Source of the DNA: a bacterium
Lineage (GTDB): Bacteria; Electryoneota; Electryoneia; Electryoneales; Electryoneaceae
Reading direction: 5' to 3'
DNA length: 64,000 nucleotides
Assembly (NCBI GenBank): GCA_963669175.1
Contig: OY769902.1
Span: 2,144,001-2,208,000, forward strand
Shown: one piece after another, positions 20,629 to 30,043 of the stretch
How the letters are laid out: every line of letters starts with the position of its first letter
How positions within the stretch are numbered: position 1 is the stretch's first letter
Made by a program: the position numbers and the translations under genes
The notes under the pieces: model-generated
Seen by the model: only the letters and a program-made list of their open reading frames with translations
Databases searched by the model: none
What the model was told of the DNA's origin: nothing

Positions 20629-20844
20629 TCAGTTAGCCTGGGAGTTCTGTTCTTCGACCCACTCGAAGAATGACGGCTCATCCAATAGGATTCGCCTTCC
20701 CACTCTTCGAATGACCTTATCGAAGCCGTTGGACTTGGCATGAAAAACGAGGTAGCGCAACCCTCCAAGGGGCGGCCATGAGTGGTACTGGTTCCACTCT
20801 GTCAGGGGAATGAGTCTTTGCTGGACTGTTGTGCTGTTCTGCAT
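20629..20844 (-). CDS. Excisionase/AlpA-like DNA-binding protein
   Basis: 71 aa, 'IRRVGRRILLDEPSFFEWVE' wing motif, AAGGAG RBS, typical island position. Confidence 0.75.
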   Translation of the reverse strand: MQNSTTVQQRLIPLTEWNQYHSWPPLGGLRYLVFHAKSNGFDKVIRRVGRRILLDEPSFFEWVEEQNSQAN

Positions 20845-20962
20845 GATGTTCTCCTTAGCTTGAGGTTTTTGTCACTCGCACTAAGAAGCTAATTGCTTAT
20901 TTTACAAATGTCTATAAGTTCTGCTTGTACAGTATATAGCTTGCAAGCACAGGATAAAACTT

Positions 20963-21994
20963 TCAGAGTAGTTTCTTTTGTTTTTTGCGGATTCCCGGTG
21001 GAATAAAAACCTTGCCTTTATCGTTAGCCTTTCTCAGCCAACCATATATTGTCGACTTTACAGGTATATCCCAATCCTCCTCTTTACTTTTTATTTTAAT
21101 TTTCTCTCTTAAATGTTCGCTCATTTCCGTTATATTATATAATAATAGTCCATTTTCATACTGTTTACGCCATATTTCTTCAGCAAGTTGCAATACATAC
21201 TGCTTTTGTTTGCCGTAAAGAGCTTCATTTTTTGCAATGCCACCCATACTTTGAATAGATGTGTCCTCATTCAGCTTTTCTGTCCCAACTATACCATTAT
21301 TATCGTTTTTATCTTCATCTAATGCACTTATACTAATATCTGAACTATTAGGTTTTATAATATCCATCAACAGATTAAAATACTCATTACTAATCCATTG
21401 CTTAGTTCTACAATATCTAATAAACATGTATGGTTCTATAAATGAATCTGATTGATTATTATTATTATATTCAAAAAAACTTATAGTACTGGCAATATGT
21501 GATCTAGCAATCATGTCTAGTTTACTATTAAAAATATCATGAATATCTGAATAGTCAAAATTATGAATATCGAGAATTCTTTTAGGATTCTCTAAAATAA
21601 TTATAAATAATCCTTCATATAGTTGCCAACTATCAGAATTAAGCCAATAATCTATATCATTTATAAACCAGTCATAATATAATTTCGTTACTATATCGCT
21701 ATTATCTCTATTCCATATTTCAGCATCTTTTTTAAGTTCATAGTCAACCGGATAATTTTTAAGAAATGCTTTAATATCATCTTCTTTAACTATTATAGTT
21801 GGAACATTAAATAAAATAACCTTTGAAGGATTAACTTTGAAGTCCTTATGTATATCAAAATTAACACCATCATATAAATAACGATAGTAGAAGTGTTCGA
21901 AATGTTCCAATGCAGAAGGGCCATGATCTTCTTCCGGAATACTCTCAAGCAAATGTACAATATCTTGGTAGCGAACCCAGCTAATAGTTTTCAT
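20963..21994 (-). CDS. AT-rich hypothetical protein between integrase and AlpA/Xis gene
   Basis: 343-aa ORF starting 1 bp after the integrase stop; C-terminal HTH-like 'KSTIYGWLRK'. Confidence 0.75.
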   Translation of the reverse strand: MKTISWVRYQDIVHLLESIPEEDHGPSALEHFEHFYYRYLYDGVNFDIHKDFKVNPSKVILFNVPTIIVKEDDIKAFLKNYPVDYELKKDAEIWNRDNSDIVTKLYYDWFINDIDYWLNSDSWQLYEGLFIIILENPKRILDIHNFDYSDIHDIFNSKLDMIARSHIASTISFFEYNNNNQSDSFIEPYMFIRYCRTKQWISNEYFNLLMDIIKPNSSDISISALDEDKNDNNGIVGTEKLNEDTSIQSMGGIAKNEALYGKQKQYVLQLAEEIWRKQYENGLLLYNITEMSEHLREKIKIKSKEEDWDIPVKSTIYGWLRKANDKGKVFIPPGIRKKQKKLL

Positions 21995-21995
21995 G

Positions 21996-23036
21996 CTATC
22001 CTCCGAATACTTTTTTGTTCATCTTCTCCACGATAGAGGCCGTATGTGCTTCGCTGAGGTGCGAGTAGCGTTTTACCATCTGAAGTGTTTTATGTCCGAG
22101 AATCTCGGCAATCTCTGCCAGTGTCGCCCCGTTCATGGCGAGATAGCTTGCAGCACTGTGACGGAGATCGTGGTAACGAAAGTCCTTTATCTTGGCTTTC
22201 TTGACAGCCCAACGCCATGCAGAGCGGAAGTCCATAGGCTTCTGAGGGTTCTGACCCGGAAAAACAAGGTCAGTGTCCAGACGTCTCGCCAGCATTTTCT
22301 CCTGCATGAGTTCAAGTGCTTTCCCCTTCAATGGTAAAACACGAGTCTCGCCGTTCTTAGTATCGTACAATACGATAACCTCACGTCCCAAGTCTACCTG
22401 ATCCCACTTCATTCCCCAAATTTCCATCTTCCGGGCACCTGTTGACAGTGCCAGCATGACAACCGCGTACAAGTCTGGATTGGTACTTTCCTGACAGGCT
22501 TTCAATAGATTCGCCCGTTCTGTATCGCTGAGGAACCGTATACGTCCCCGAGGTTCAGTCAACTTGGATACTTTACGGAAAGGATTTTCGTCAACCCACT
22601 CCCACTCCTTCATGGCAACCGTGAAAGCGTGGGACAATACGGCAAGGTAACGGTTCACTGTTGCGGGAGAACGTCCCCCGTCCTTCATCTTGTCTCGGTG
22701 TTCTACTATCAATGCAGGGGTCACATCGGCAAGCCTGTAACTGCCTATCTGTTCATCCCACCAAGTAAGCTGTTGTTTCTGATCCTGACCTCGTTTCTTC
22801 TGAGGGATGATCTCCTTGTTGTACCGCTTGATAAGTTCGCTGAGGGTATGTTTCTTCGCTTCAGACTGCTTGAAGTAACGTCCCTCCTTGATTGCGGCCT
22901 CGGTACGTGTTGCCCAATCCCTTGCATCGGTCAACCGCTCAAAGGTTGCGGTCTCCGTGGGATAACCGCGAAGCCTTACTTTAACCCGAACACGTTTTTT
23001 CCCGTCCTGGGTAACTCGTTCTTCAAATGTCGCCAT
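21996..23036 (-). CDS. int: Tyrosine recombinase/integrase
   Basis: TGARKME, TKNG, RYHDLRH, LGHK, RYSH catalytic R-K-H-R-H-Y set; GGAGG RBS before ATG 23036. Confidence 0.95.
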   Translation of the reverse strand: MATFEERVTQDGKKRVRVKVRLRGYPTETATFERLTDARDWATRTEAAIKEGRYFKQSEAKKHTLSELIKRYNKEIIPQKKRGQDQKQQLTWWDEQIGSYRLADVTPALIVEHRDKMKDGGRSPATVNRYLAVLSHAFTVAMKEWEWVDENPFRKVSKLTEPRGRIRFLSDTERANLLKACQESTNPDLYAVVMLALSTGARKMEIWGMKWDQVDLGREVIVLYDTKNGETRVLPLKGKALELMQEKMLARRLDTDLVFPGQNPQKPMDFRSAWRWAVKKAKIKDFRYHDLRHSAASYLAMNGATLAEIAEILGHKTLQMVKRYSHLSEAHTASIVEKMNKKVFGG

Positions 23037-23350
23037 GATAACCTCCCGTGAATTGGTAGCAACAAGGTACAACAGGAGGCGAAAACAGGCAACACCTGAC
23101 TAATAATCAGTGAGAGTTGTGCCGTAACAGTATGTAATATCAATTAATTAAAACCAACAGGAGAGCCATATGGGACACTACAGGGGCAATCGTGGGGCAA
23201 AAATGGGACAATTCAAAGGGGATAGAGGGGAGGTCGTGGGGCAATGCTGGTGGAGAAGTGTTGTGAATTGCTTTTTTTAGATGTCCCACCAGTGTCCCAT
23301 TTACAGAGAAAGGGGTTAGGCTTCTAACCTAACCCCTTAGAAAAACAATG

Positions 23351-23424
23351 TCGGAGCGACTGGATTTGAACCAGCGACCCCCTGACCCCCAGTCAGGTGC
23401 GCTACCGGGCTGCGCCACGCTCCG
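23351..23424 (-). tRNA. tRNA-Pro (GGG)
   Basis: Acceptor stem CGGAGCG/CGCTCCG, anticodon arm CCTGA-CTGGGGG-TCAGG, T-loop GGTTCAAATCC; CCA not encoded. Confidence 0.95.
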
Positions 23425-23610
23425 TACCGCTTGTAAAGACAGAAAACGCGCCAGTCCCGCAACGCGTCCAGCAGCAAATATAGCCTTTTGATCAGGATGA
23501 AGCAACCTGACAAGCACGCGTTCTCCCGCAGAGTCCCTCATCACAAAATTGTCCTGAAACGGAACAACAAAGGGGTGGTACAACCATGAAGCCGGAAAGC
23601 TTCAAAAAGA

Positions 23611-24015
23611 TTATCCCAGTAAGTCCAGGATCTCGCGCAGAGCCTGGCGGATCTCATGAACAGGTAGATCCGTTGTTCGGGATGCATTCGCTGTGACGGC
23701 TGCCACCGGTTCAGTGGGTGAGACCTGTGGAACCGAATGCGCCTGGGTTTCGGAGGAAGTATCGGATTCTTCACCTTCAACAGCTAAGCGTATTTCCAGC
23801 TCACGGCGTGCGCCTTCGATCGTATAGCGTTCTGCGTGCAGCAAGGTCTGGATATGCTGCACGATATCGATATCCTGCTGGCGATAGGAACGGCTGCCCG
23901 CACGGTTTTTCCGTGGACGCAACTGCTTGAATTCCGTCTCCCAGTAGCGCAATACGTGGGGCGCGAGACCGGTCATTTTGGCGACCTCGCTGATGCTGTA
24001 GTACATCTTCTGCAT
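23611..24015 (-). CDS. MerR-family transcriptional regulator
   Basis: YYSISEVA...PHVLRYWETEF...P.KNR...R.Y...TIEGA motif; upstream of tRNA-Pro; start uncertain. Confidence 0.9.
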   Translation of the reverse strand: MQKMYYSISEVAKMTGLAPHVLRYWETEFKQLRPRKNRAGSRSYRQQDIDIVQHIQTLLHAERYTIEGARRELEIRLAVEGEESDTSSETQAHSVPQVSPTEPVAAVTANASRTTDLPVHEIRQALREILDLLG

Positions 24016-24244
24016 GTAGAACCCTGTCAATCGCAACTCATAAGCGGTGTTAAGGTAGCTCTCCTCATGCGGCGCGTCAAGGGTAGACAACTGAATATGA
24101 GCACTCGGTTAGAAAGCAGACTATCGTCTTAACATGTATTTGATTTTTAATGGAGTTATGGTGATCGGCAAATAGAAAATCCGGCTTCTCATCGTGAGGA
24201 TGATGGCCGGATTCCAGGAAAAATCAGGGGTATGTCAAGTAAGA

Positions 24245-25471
24245 TTATTCATACCTGAGTGCGACAATGGGGTCCATACGGCTGGCTTTCCATGCCGGCC
24301 AGGTTCCGAAGATCAGCCCGACTGCGCTGCAGAATACGATGCCGGTGACAATAGTCCAGACCGGAATGGCAATCGGCAGATCTACCGAGTTGCCAAGCAG
24401 GTAGGCCGCGCCGATACCGATGCCAACGCCAACCATCGCGCCCAGTTCAGTCAGGATGACAGCTTCCAGCAGGAACTGGCCCATAATACTGGCGCGTCGT
24501 GCGCCCAGCGCTTTTCGCACTCCGATCTCACGGGTACGTTCCGTAACCGCGACCAGCATGATGTTCATGATCCCCACGCCTGCGACCAGCAATGAAATAG
24601 ACGCGATTCCAAACGCGGCGAACTGTATCCAACGTGTCATATCGTTAAAGGTCTCAATGAGCTGGTTGGAATAGAAGATGCCGAAATTATTCTCTTCTCC
24701 GGGTTTCAGACCACGCGCCACACGCATGGCAGCGATAGCCTGCTCGATCGCTTCGTCTATCCGTTCGGGATTCTGCACACGGACAGTAATATTCCAGCTT
24801 CGTTCGCTGCCCCACCAGTTGATAAAGGTTTTGATCGGTACGAGGACAAAATTGGAATAATGATCAGCGCCCATCATGGAACCCTTTTCCTCAAGGATGC
24901 CCACGACCAGCGCACGTTGACCATTGAGGAAAACATAGTCGCCAATCGGGTCGCGGTAGGGGAAAAGCTTGCTCGCGACTGCGCTGCCGAGAACACATAC
25001 CGGGCGGCCAAACTGTACATCCTGTTCGGTCAGGTCGCGTCCGCGTTCAATATTCTGGCCATTGTTAAATACAAATCCCGGAACTCCTCCAGCGATCTGG
25101 ATGTTTGCATTGGTAGCCTGGTTTTCGAATTTGACGGTGGCGCCCCATTTCCAGATCTCTTCAGCGACCACCGAAGCAAGGGATACATTCTCTTCAATCG
25201 CCCGGACTTCCTTCTGTCCAATCTTGGGTCGGAATTCGCGGCGCCGATGCCCGCCATCGCCAATCTGCACGTCATAGAGCTGAACTTGGAAAACGCCGGT
25301 GGAAAGCCCCTGCATCTCCGAATTGATCATATTCTGCAACCCCTTGATAATAGACATGGTGGCGATGATTGTCATCACGCCAATGACCACGCCCAACAGG
25401 GTTAAACTGCTGCGCAGAATATTCGAGCGTATGCTGGCGACCGAGACCGCTAATGCTTCTCCCATGTGCAT
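24245..25471 (-). CDS. ABC transporter permease, MacB/FtsX family
   Basis: 'GVGIMNIMLVAVTERTREIGVRKALGA...DPIVALRYE'. Confidence 0.92.
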   Translation of the reverse strand: MHMGEALAVSVASIRSNILRSSLTLLGVVIGVMTIIATMSIIKGLQNMINSEMQGLSTGVFQVQLYDVQIGDGGHRRREFRPKIGQKEVRAIEENVSLASVVAEEIWKWGATVKFENQATNANIQIAGGVPGFVFNNGQNIERGRDLTEQDVQFGRPVCVLGSAVASKLFPYRDPIGDYVFLNGQRALVVGILEEKGSMMGADHYSNFVLVPIKTFINWWGSERSWNITVRVQNPERIDEAIEQAIAAMRVARGLKPGEENNFGIFYSNQLIETFNDMTRWIQFAAFGIASISLLVAGVGIMNIMLVAVTERTREIGVRKALGARRASIMGQFLLEAVILTELGAMVGVGIGIGAAYLLGNSVDLPIAIPVWTIVTGIVFCSAVGLIFGTWPAWKASRMDPIVALRYE

Positions 25472-25474
25472 GGC

Positions 25475-26698
25475 TTACTCCTGTCGCAAGGCGGTTATCG
25501 GGTCCATACGTGAGGCCCGGAATGCTGGGAATAAACCGAAAATCAATCCAACCACCGCAGAGAAAAGCATGGCGGATAACGCGAGCCAGATTGGCAATGA
25601 AGTCGGGAGGGAGCTTTTCATCGCCTGCCCTCCGGCAGCAGCCAGGAGAATGCCGATCACACCTCCAGACGCACAAATGGTCATGGCTTCGACCAGGAAT
25701 TGCCACAGGATGTGGTAGTTCTTCGCGCCAACAGCCTTGCGCATGCCGATCTCCCAGGTCCGTTCGGTCACGGAAACCAGCATGATATTCATGATACCAA
25801 TGCCGCCGACCAGCAGGCTGATCCCACCGATGACAACACCTGCGCCATACACTCCGGCTGTTATCCTCTTATAAAAGTCCATCAACATGCTTTGCTCGTT
25901 GATGGCGAAATTGTCTTCTTCGGAAGGTGTCAGGTTGCGTGAGCGTCGCATAATTCCGGTAAGCTCATCTTTCAACGCTTCAACATCTCCGCCTTCGTAT
26001 CCCATGACACAAATGGTGACCCCACGACGGAATCCATAATTATCCATCATGGTCGATAGCGGGATCAGGATGTTGTTGTCATTGGATTCGCCAAAAGAGG
26101 TACCTTTCTCTTCCAACACACCGACTACTTTGAAGTTGAAAGCGCCGATACGAATATCTCTGCCCACCGGGTCAAAGGGTTCGAAGAACTGTTCGGCTAT
26201 TTCAGACCCGATCACGCAAACTTTTCGTGAAGTGCGTATGTCGGTTTGGGTGATGAAGCGTCCTGTCTCGGGAATAAAGTCGCTGGTAATAGCAAATTCC
26301 GGCGTGCATCCCACGATGCCGACACCGTCCGAGGTCTTGTCCCGGAACGCGATCGGACGAACGGTCCAGGAATAGGCAGCAACAGACTCGGCCAGATCGG
26401 CCTGCTCTTTCACTGCTTCGAAATTTTCCATGGTCAGGCGGGGACGGTTGCGATAACGCCACCAATCATCCATGATGATCCAGGGAAATTGCTCAATGTA
26501 GACGGTCCGGCTGCCGATAAAGGCAATCTGTTGAGCAAAGGATTTGTTCAATCCCTGTATGATCATCAGCATCAATGTCACAGTGACGACACCGATGACG
26601 ATACCAAGCGTGGTGAGGATGGTTCGGGTTTTGTTCGCTTTCAATGCTCGAAACGCAATGCGTAACCCTTCGAGCAAAGTGCTGAAGAACAGTTTCAT
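25475..26698 (-). CDS. ABC transporter permease, MacB/FtsX family
   Basis: 'GGIGIMNIMLVSVTERTWEIGMRKAVGA...DPITALRQE'; start uncertain (26698 or 26755). Confidence 0.9.
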   Translation of the reverse strand: MKLFFSTLLEGLRIAFRALKANKTRTILTTLGIVIGVVTVTLMLMIIQGLNKSFAQQIAFIGSRTVYIEQFPWIIMDDWWRYRNRPRLTMENFEAVKEQADLAESVAAYSWTVRPIAFRDKTSDGVGIVGCTPEFAITSDFIPETGRFITQTDIRTSRKVCVIGSEIAEQFFEPFDPVGRDIRIGAFNFKVVGVLEEKGTSFGESNDNNILIPLSTMMDNYGFRRGVTICVMGYEGGDVEALKDELTGIMRRSRNLTPSEEDNFAINEQSMLMDFYKRITAGVYGAGVVIGGISLLVGGIGIMNIMLVSVTERTWEIGMRKAVGAKNYHILWQFLVEAMTICASGGVIGILLAAAGGQAMKSSLPTSLPIWLALSAMLFSAVVGLIFGLFPAFRASRMDPITALRQE

Positions 26699-27089
26699 CA
26701 AATAACCCCGGCTCTCTCTGGTCGACTCTTGCCACCCTTTTCGGATGTAATTCACTCTCTTTAGACGTAGCGTTGTGGGGCAAAGTTACATCAGGTGTTG
26801 TAAACTGCCACACTATACAACTGCGTCATGGTGTTGAAATTTCAAAGGTTGAAAAAAAGTGAAATATCTTCAAAAACATTTCGATTTTATTCTGCAAATT
26901 ACATACCTTTCAAAGAATTGGTGAGGTGGAATGGGCCACATGAATATGGGTTTTCATGGATAAAACCCCGCGCAACAGGTGTAAAGATATCATCAGAGTA
27001 ATCAGTATGGTAAGTCTAACTCTTGCGCGACAGAGCTTTCTTCATCTATACTTGAGCAATTGTGAATTTATCAGGAGAGGAGGTGCTAC

Positions 27090-27998
27090 TTGAGTAATAA
27101 TCGCCTGAATATTGATTTGCACGGAGTAACATTCGCTGTTGATAAAGGCGCTTCCCTGATGGAACGTCAAATTCGATGGGACAAGAGCATCCAGCCCTTT
27201 TACAAGAAGAACATTGACGATGTGGATGTTCAAATTACCCTGGGAGAGCGGGAAAGCGGCGACCTCCGGATTGATGGTGAATTGCAGGAAGAATCGGATG
27301 GGTGGCAGTTTTATCACTCTGATCAAACGGGCTGGGATTGCATTAAAAAACGGAGCAAGCCGTTGGAAGAGCTTGAAGGTGAGCAGGATCATTCTCCGTA
27401 TTCATCACGTTTAAAAATCACCAATGACATGAAAAATGTAGAAGCCTATTTCCATGTTCATGACAGGCATAAACACACTGCATGCGGGTGGAGAAATATG
27501 GATTTGTTATTTCTTTCGCTCTATTTCCCTTTCCGTAAGCGCCTGCTGTTTCATTCCAGCGCAGTATCGCTTGATGGGAACGGCTACCTTTTTATCGGGG
27601 AATCCGGATCAGGAAAGTCGACCATCGCGCGTCAGTTTCAAGATGCCGGAGCGATTGTGTTAAGCGATGAACGTAATGTTACTTACGTCGAAAATGGTCA
27701 GCCGTTTGTTCATGGCACGTGGTTGCACAGTGATTTTCTGGCAAACTCTGACCTGCTGGTTCCCTTGAAAGGCATCTTTCTCCTGAATCAGGCGGAAGAG
27801 AACCAGGTCGTCAGGATAGCATCGTTGCAAGAGAAGTATTTTCACCTGCTTCGTTTTGTGACTCGTCAATTGACGCCGCCATATTGGTGGGAAAACACGC
27901 TCGCACAGATTGAACGACTAAACCTGTTTGCTTCCATGTACAACCTGTCATTTGATTTGAGCGGCGCCATTGTGACAGAGGTCAGAAAGCTGACGTAA
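27090..27998 (+). CDS. HprK-related P-loop kinase-like RiPP-cluster protein (ScmC-like)
   Basis: FHSSAV...G.LFIGESGSGKST...LSDE motif; AGGAGG RBS, TTG start. Confidence 0.8.
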   Translation: MSNNRLNIDLHGVTFAVDKGASLMERQIRWDKSIQPFYKKNIDDVDVQITLGERESGDLRIDGELQEESDGWQFYHSDQTGWDCIKKRSKPLEELEGEQDHSPYSSRLKITNDMKNVEAYFHVHDRHKHTACGWRNMDLLFLSLYFPFRKRLLFHSSAVSLDGNGYLFIGESGSGKSTIARQFQDAGAIVLSDERNVTYVENGQPFVHGTWLHSDFLANSDLLVPLKGIFLLNQAEENQVVRIASLQEKYFHLLRFVTRQLTPPYWWENTLAQIERLNLFASMYNLSFDLSGAIVTEVRKLT

Positions 27999-29248
27999 TG
28001 ACAGTCATAAAAAGCAAGTATGTGCAGGAAGCTTCTGCAGTGGAGTTTCTCAATAACCTGATGAATAAGGGAAAACTAGGCCGGTTGTCGTTTGAACTTA
28101 CACGCAGGTGCAACTTTAATTGTAGACACTGTTATACAAACCAGCCGGCTGGAAGCCGGGAAGAACGTACACAGGAATTATCAACTTCAAAGATTCTAAG
28201 CCTGTTGGAGGAAGCGGAAGCAATAGGCTGCCAGACGATTCAGATGACAGGCGGCGAACCGCTGTTACGTCAGGATTTTGCCACTATCTATAAACGTACC
28301 AGACAGTTGGGAATGAATGTCTCGCTTTCAACAAATGCAGCCTTGATAACGAAAGAACTGGCAGATCTTTTTGCGCAATACCCGCCGGGTGATGGTATAC
28401 TGGTATCTATCTATGGTCTTAGTGATGAGGAATATGAAAAGACGACCGGGCAAAAGGGGGGATTGGACAAGGTAAAACGTGGTCTCAAGTTGCTTAAGGA
28501 AAGAAACATTCAGGTTTCTATAAGGGCAAACCTGCTGGATCCACAGCCTGGTTTGGAGCAGGAGTTTCAGGCATTTGTACGTGAATTCACCCATGATGAA
28601 GAGACGCCCGTCAACTGGCCGATGAAATTATCACTGAGACAATACCATGATTCAGACGAGGCGAATGATCGAATCAAAAATCTCAGGTTTTCCGGGAAAG
28701 AATGGGTTCAACGTGCGATCCAGGAAAACCCTGACTACTTTTTTGTAGAGATGGGCGCCGCACTTTGCAGGCTGAGCGGGATCAGCGGGAATAAACCATT
28801 TGTATGTCAGGCTGGAATCAAGTTAGGGGCTGTTTCGTATGATGGCATGTACAAACCTTGCATGGTGTTTGGCAAATCTGATTTTGACATTGATCTGCGT
28901 GAACATACCCTGGCAGAAGCCGTTGCGATGACCAGGGAAAGGATGCTGACACTTACCAGTCAACATCCGAACTTTGAAAAGCAATGCGCACGATGTTTCC
29001 TGCGGGCAAACTGTAAATCCTGTCCGGGGCGCAGTGATGCAGAACATGGAAAGTTTGATCAGCCTGTTGACTATTTTTGTGAACTTGCACATGAAGAGGC
29101 TAGGTACTTTAATCTGTTGGGGCCGGATGAAAAAGCCTGGGAAATTGCAGATTGGCGCACACGTATAGAAGCCCTGCGAAACAGGTTGGTCGAGAAAGGT
29201 GTTGATTACCGGAGTACCATTCCTAGAGGAGAAAAAGGCGATGAGTGA
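27998..29248 (+). CDS. Radical SAM/SPASM peptide maturase 1
   Basis: CNFNCRHC, TGGEPL, SPASM Cys CQAG...PC...CARC.....CKSCPG...FC. Confidence 0.93.
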   Translation: MTVIKSKYVQEASAVEFLNNLMNKGKLGRLSFELTRRCNFNCRHCYTNQPAGSREERTQELSTSKILSLLEEAEAIGCQTIQMTGGEPLLRQDFATIYKRTRQLGMNVSLSTNAALITKELADLFAQYPPGDGILVSIYGLSDEEYEKTTGQKGGLDKVKRGLKLLKERNIQVSIRANLLDPQPGLEQEFQAFVREFTHDEETPVNWPMKLSLRQYHDSDEANDRIKNLRFSGKEWVQRAIQENPDYFFVEMGAALCRLSGISGNKPFVCQAGIKLGAVSYDGMYKPCMVFGKSDFDIDLREHTLAEAVAMTRERMLTLTSQHPNFEKQCARCFLRANCKSCPGRSDAEHGKFDQPVDYFCELAHEEARYFNLLGPDEKAWEIADWRTRIEALRNRLVEKGVDYRSTIPRGEKGDE

Positions 29249-29543
29249 TAGCATGTTGAACAAAACATATGGTCCTAATGGGGAAATAGTGGCGCGTGAA
29301 GTTGAAGGCGAATTTCTGCTGGTGCCAATCAAGGCGGGAGTGGGTGAGATTGAAGAAGCCTTATACGCGTTAAACGAAACCGGAAAAAGTATCTGGCAGA
29401 AACTGGATGGATCACGTTCTGTGGAGCAGGCAATTCAGGAACTTGCGCAGGAATATGGCGCTGAGCCGGACCTGATCGAAGAAGATGTTCTCGGACTTCT
29501 GGAAGCGCTTCTTGAAAAACACCTTCTGGTTGAGAAAGCCTGA
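29241..29543 (+). CDS. PqqD-family RiPP recognition element (RRE)
   Basis: REVEGEFLLVP...LNETG..IW..LDG...LAQEY...DV..LL..L; AGGAG RBS. Confidence 0.92.
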   Translation: MSDSMLNKTYGPNGEIVAREVEGEFLLVPIKAGVGEIEEALYALNETGKSIWQKLDGSRSVEQAIQELAQEYGAEPDLIEEDVLGLLEALLEKHLLVEKA

Positions 29544-29548
29544 TCCAC

Positions 29549-30043
29549 ATGTCGCATCGCCATGTCCGGAATCAAACGGGTCGGATAATCACTTTTACTG
29601 CTGCGGTTGGGGTGATACGTGCTGTTCTCGAGAAAGACAGGGAATTTCACTTGACTGCACGTGGCAACAGCATGTCACCTTTCATCAAACCTGCTGATAT
29701 CATAACCCTGAGTAGTTATAACGGAACCTCTCCTGAAGTCGGTGATATCGTTGCAGTTTATCTTCCCCGAAAGAAGATGTTGATTGTACACCGGTTGATA
29801 GCCAGGCATCCGAATGGTTTCGTGATGGCTGGCGACAATTCATTCAGGATGGATGGGCTGGTACGGAATCAGGAGATCGTTGGGAAAGTAACTGAGGTGC
29901 AACGCAACGGACACAGGAAAAAGACAGGTGTTGAAACCTATACCAGGACAATTGCCTGGGCGCGTAGACAATCCCTGCGTGGAAAGGGGGGCCAAATCGT
30001 GTGGCGAGGGATGCTTCAAGTTGCAAAGAAGGTTTTAGCATGA
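29549..30043 (+). CDS. S24/S26-family peptidase
   Basis: GNSMSPFI (catalytic Ser), GDIV, IVHRL, GDN motifs. Confidence 0.85.
   Translation: MSHRHVRNQTGRIITFTAAVGVIRAVLEKDREFHLTARGNSMSPFIKPADIITLSSYNGTSPEVGDIVAVYLPRKKMLIVHRLIARHPNGFVMAGDNSFRMDGLVRNQEIVGKVTEVQRNGHRKKTGVETYTRTIAWARRQSLRGKGGQIVWRGMLQVAKKVLA

Larger units (their letters stand above)
16015..23395. mobile_element. ~7.3 kb integrative element (satellite/PICI-like) at tRNA-Pro(GGG)
   Basis: 46-bp direct repeats, tyrosine integrase next to the tRNA, AlpA/Xis-like and HTH genes, no capsid or tail genes. Confidence 0.9.
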
